Below, piece after piece: positions 62,661 to 64,000 of a stretch of DNA of 64,000 nt (within the stretch, counting starts at the first letter, position 1; each line of letters starts with the position of its first letter). The stretch is from Candidatus Bathyarchaeota archaeon (GTDB lineage: Archaea; Thermoproteota; Bathyarchaeia; Bathyarchaeales; Bathycorpusculaceae), in contig CAWGYA010000002.1 in assembly GCA_963826715.1 (NCBI GenBank), positions 288,001 to 352,000 on the forward strand, given 5' to 3'. A program made the position numbers and the translations under genes. Under the pieces are notes generated by a model, which had not been told where the DNA came from, did no database searches, and saw only the letters and a list, made by a program, of their open reading frames with translations.

Positions 62661-62963
62661 AAGGCAAACCTACTCTGAAATCAATTTTGAGTTTAATAGC
62701 CATTTCGATACACGCAACAATTGGACATATGACCTGTCGCCGATTGAGACGATAGAGAGAATCAACCCAGATTTTATTTATTATTGTTTAAATATTCTGA
62801 TAAGAAGATAAAATCAAGAAACCTTTCCTAATATAGCCCAGATTTTGGAAGGGCCTTCACCAAGATAGTCTGGAAGGAGTTGAGCAAACAGGCAGGACAA
62901 AATCCTATACTCCGGAAAAGAATATAATAATGCCTCACAATAGCTGTAAAATGAGGCTTTAGG

Positions 62964-63317
62964 TTGTCTCTTAGTCAAACAGAATATGAATTTACCCTGC
63001 CTATTGGTTTTGTTGACGAAACCGGAAACTTGCACAGGAAAGGCGTGATGCGGATAGCAACTGCCGCAGATGAGATCCTACCGTTGAAGGATTCACACGT
63101 CCAACAAAACCCCGCCTATCTCTCCGTCATCATTCTATCAAGGGTAGTAACGAAACTTGGAGATCTGAGCTCAATAAGCACCAAAACGATCGAAAATCTA
63201 TCCGCTTCGGACTTTGTGTTTCTGCAAACATTGTACAACCGAATAAATGGTGAAGGCGTCAAGGCACCACAGTCCACAAGAAAACGCCCGCCCCACGAAC
63301 AAACGCGTCGCCTTTAG
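62964..63317 (+). CDS. Contractile-tail/eCIS tail assembly chaperone-like protein
   Basis: TEYEFTLPIGFVD..G..H..G.MR.ATAADEI...NPAYL...LSRV...LG...D...L...YNRIN (recognised from family memory). Confidence 0.7.
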   Translation: MSLSQTEYEFTLPIGFVDETGNLHRKGVMRIATAADEILPLKDSHVQQNPAYLSVIILSRVVTKLGDLSSISTKTIENLSASDFVFLQTLYNRINGEGVKAPQSTRKRPPHEQTRRL

Positions 63318-63389
63318 CAGCTGAAATACAGCTAAAACCTATTAAGTTGATAATATTAAGTTTAATCTCGTATAGGTAAACGGTCTAAA

Positions 63390-64000
63390 ATGGAAAAGAA
63401 ACATTTAGCGTTTGCAGCCTTGCTTGTGATGTTGTCCGCTTTTTTAATAATAGGTCTCATTAATCAAACCGATCAGACCAACAGAAAAGAATCAATCAAA
63501 CGCTTGTTTTAGATGCCGCCAATCTTATCAATGTTAAGGGTGAAGCTGCCTTTTCTGATTTCAGACAGAACGGAACCAAATGGTTCCAAGGCGACAGGTA
63601 CATCTTTGTCTGGAAGACCGATGGGCTCCGACTTGTTTATCCACCCGACAGGACCGGTGAAGGCCAAAACATGAGCACGTTGGTGGATGTAACAGGAAAA
63701 CCGATTGGGAAACTGTTTATAGATATAGCCTTGAGTGAAAAAGGAGAAGGCTGGATAGACTACCAATGGCCTAAACCTGGAGAAACAGAGCCATCAACCA
63801 AACAAACCTTCATCAAAGGTGTCCAAAGCGGTGAAGAGGTTTTACTCGTCGGGTCAGGTCTCTACGTTGAAACATTCGAGGATGTTGTATCTCCGCTGCA
63901 ATATGTTGCCATAATCATAGAAGGCGCAATCGCGGCGGTTGGGTTGTTAATAGCGGTTCGACAGAAAAGAATTCTTGGTTACGGCATATTCCTGACTTTC
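63390..64000 (+). pseudogene. Single Cache-domain membrane protein, frameshifted near 63498-63500, truncated by the window end
   Basis: N-terminal TM frame stops at 63512; the -1 frame reads YIFVW...DVTGKPIG...GEGWIDYQWPKPGE.EP..K...VGSGLY. Confidence 0.75.

Overview
Archaeal chromosome segment. The gene content (fibrillarin/Nop5, archaeal PheS/T, Mch, Nre, TrmB, expanded PQQ-like propeller and Kelch surface proteins) fits Bathyarchaeia; this is an inference. The backbone is mostly housekeeping: rnhB (partial), flpA, nop5, aguBA, pyrB, mdh, mch, pheST, a DRG GTPase, rps7/rps12, nre, znuCB-like, sor, tRNA-Asp(GTC) and tRNA-Arg(TCG). Two accessory zones interrupt it. Zone 1 (~10.3-15.0 kb) is a small integrated element with a tyrosine recombinase, a GC-rich hairpin block, an inverted pair of homologous ~80-bp motifs, two AbrB-like microproteins, a tRNA 3' fragment and a C/D-box-like sRNA with three D boxes. 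Zone 2 (>48.9 kb, beside tRNA-Arg) holds integrase and phage-type GNAT remnants, regulators, two PQQ-propeller genes each followed by the same ~170-bp structured repeat, an orphan eCIS-type tail chaperone and a Cys/acidic micropeptide. The most striking gene is an ArsR-HTH + ATP-cone + class III ribonucleotide reductase fusion that appears to lack the glycyl-radical motif and both catalytic cysteines, making it a candidate nucleotide-sensing pseudoenzyme regulator. Several single-base frameshifts in A-runs may be assembly errors. All calls were made by eye, without database searches.
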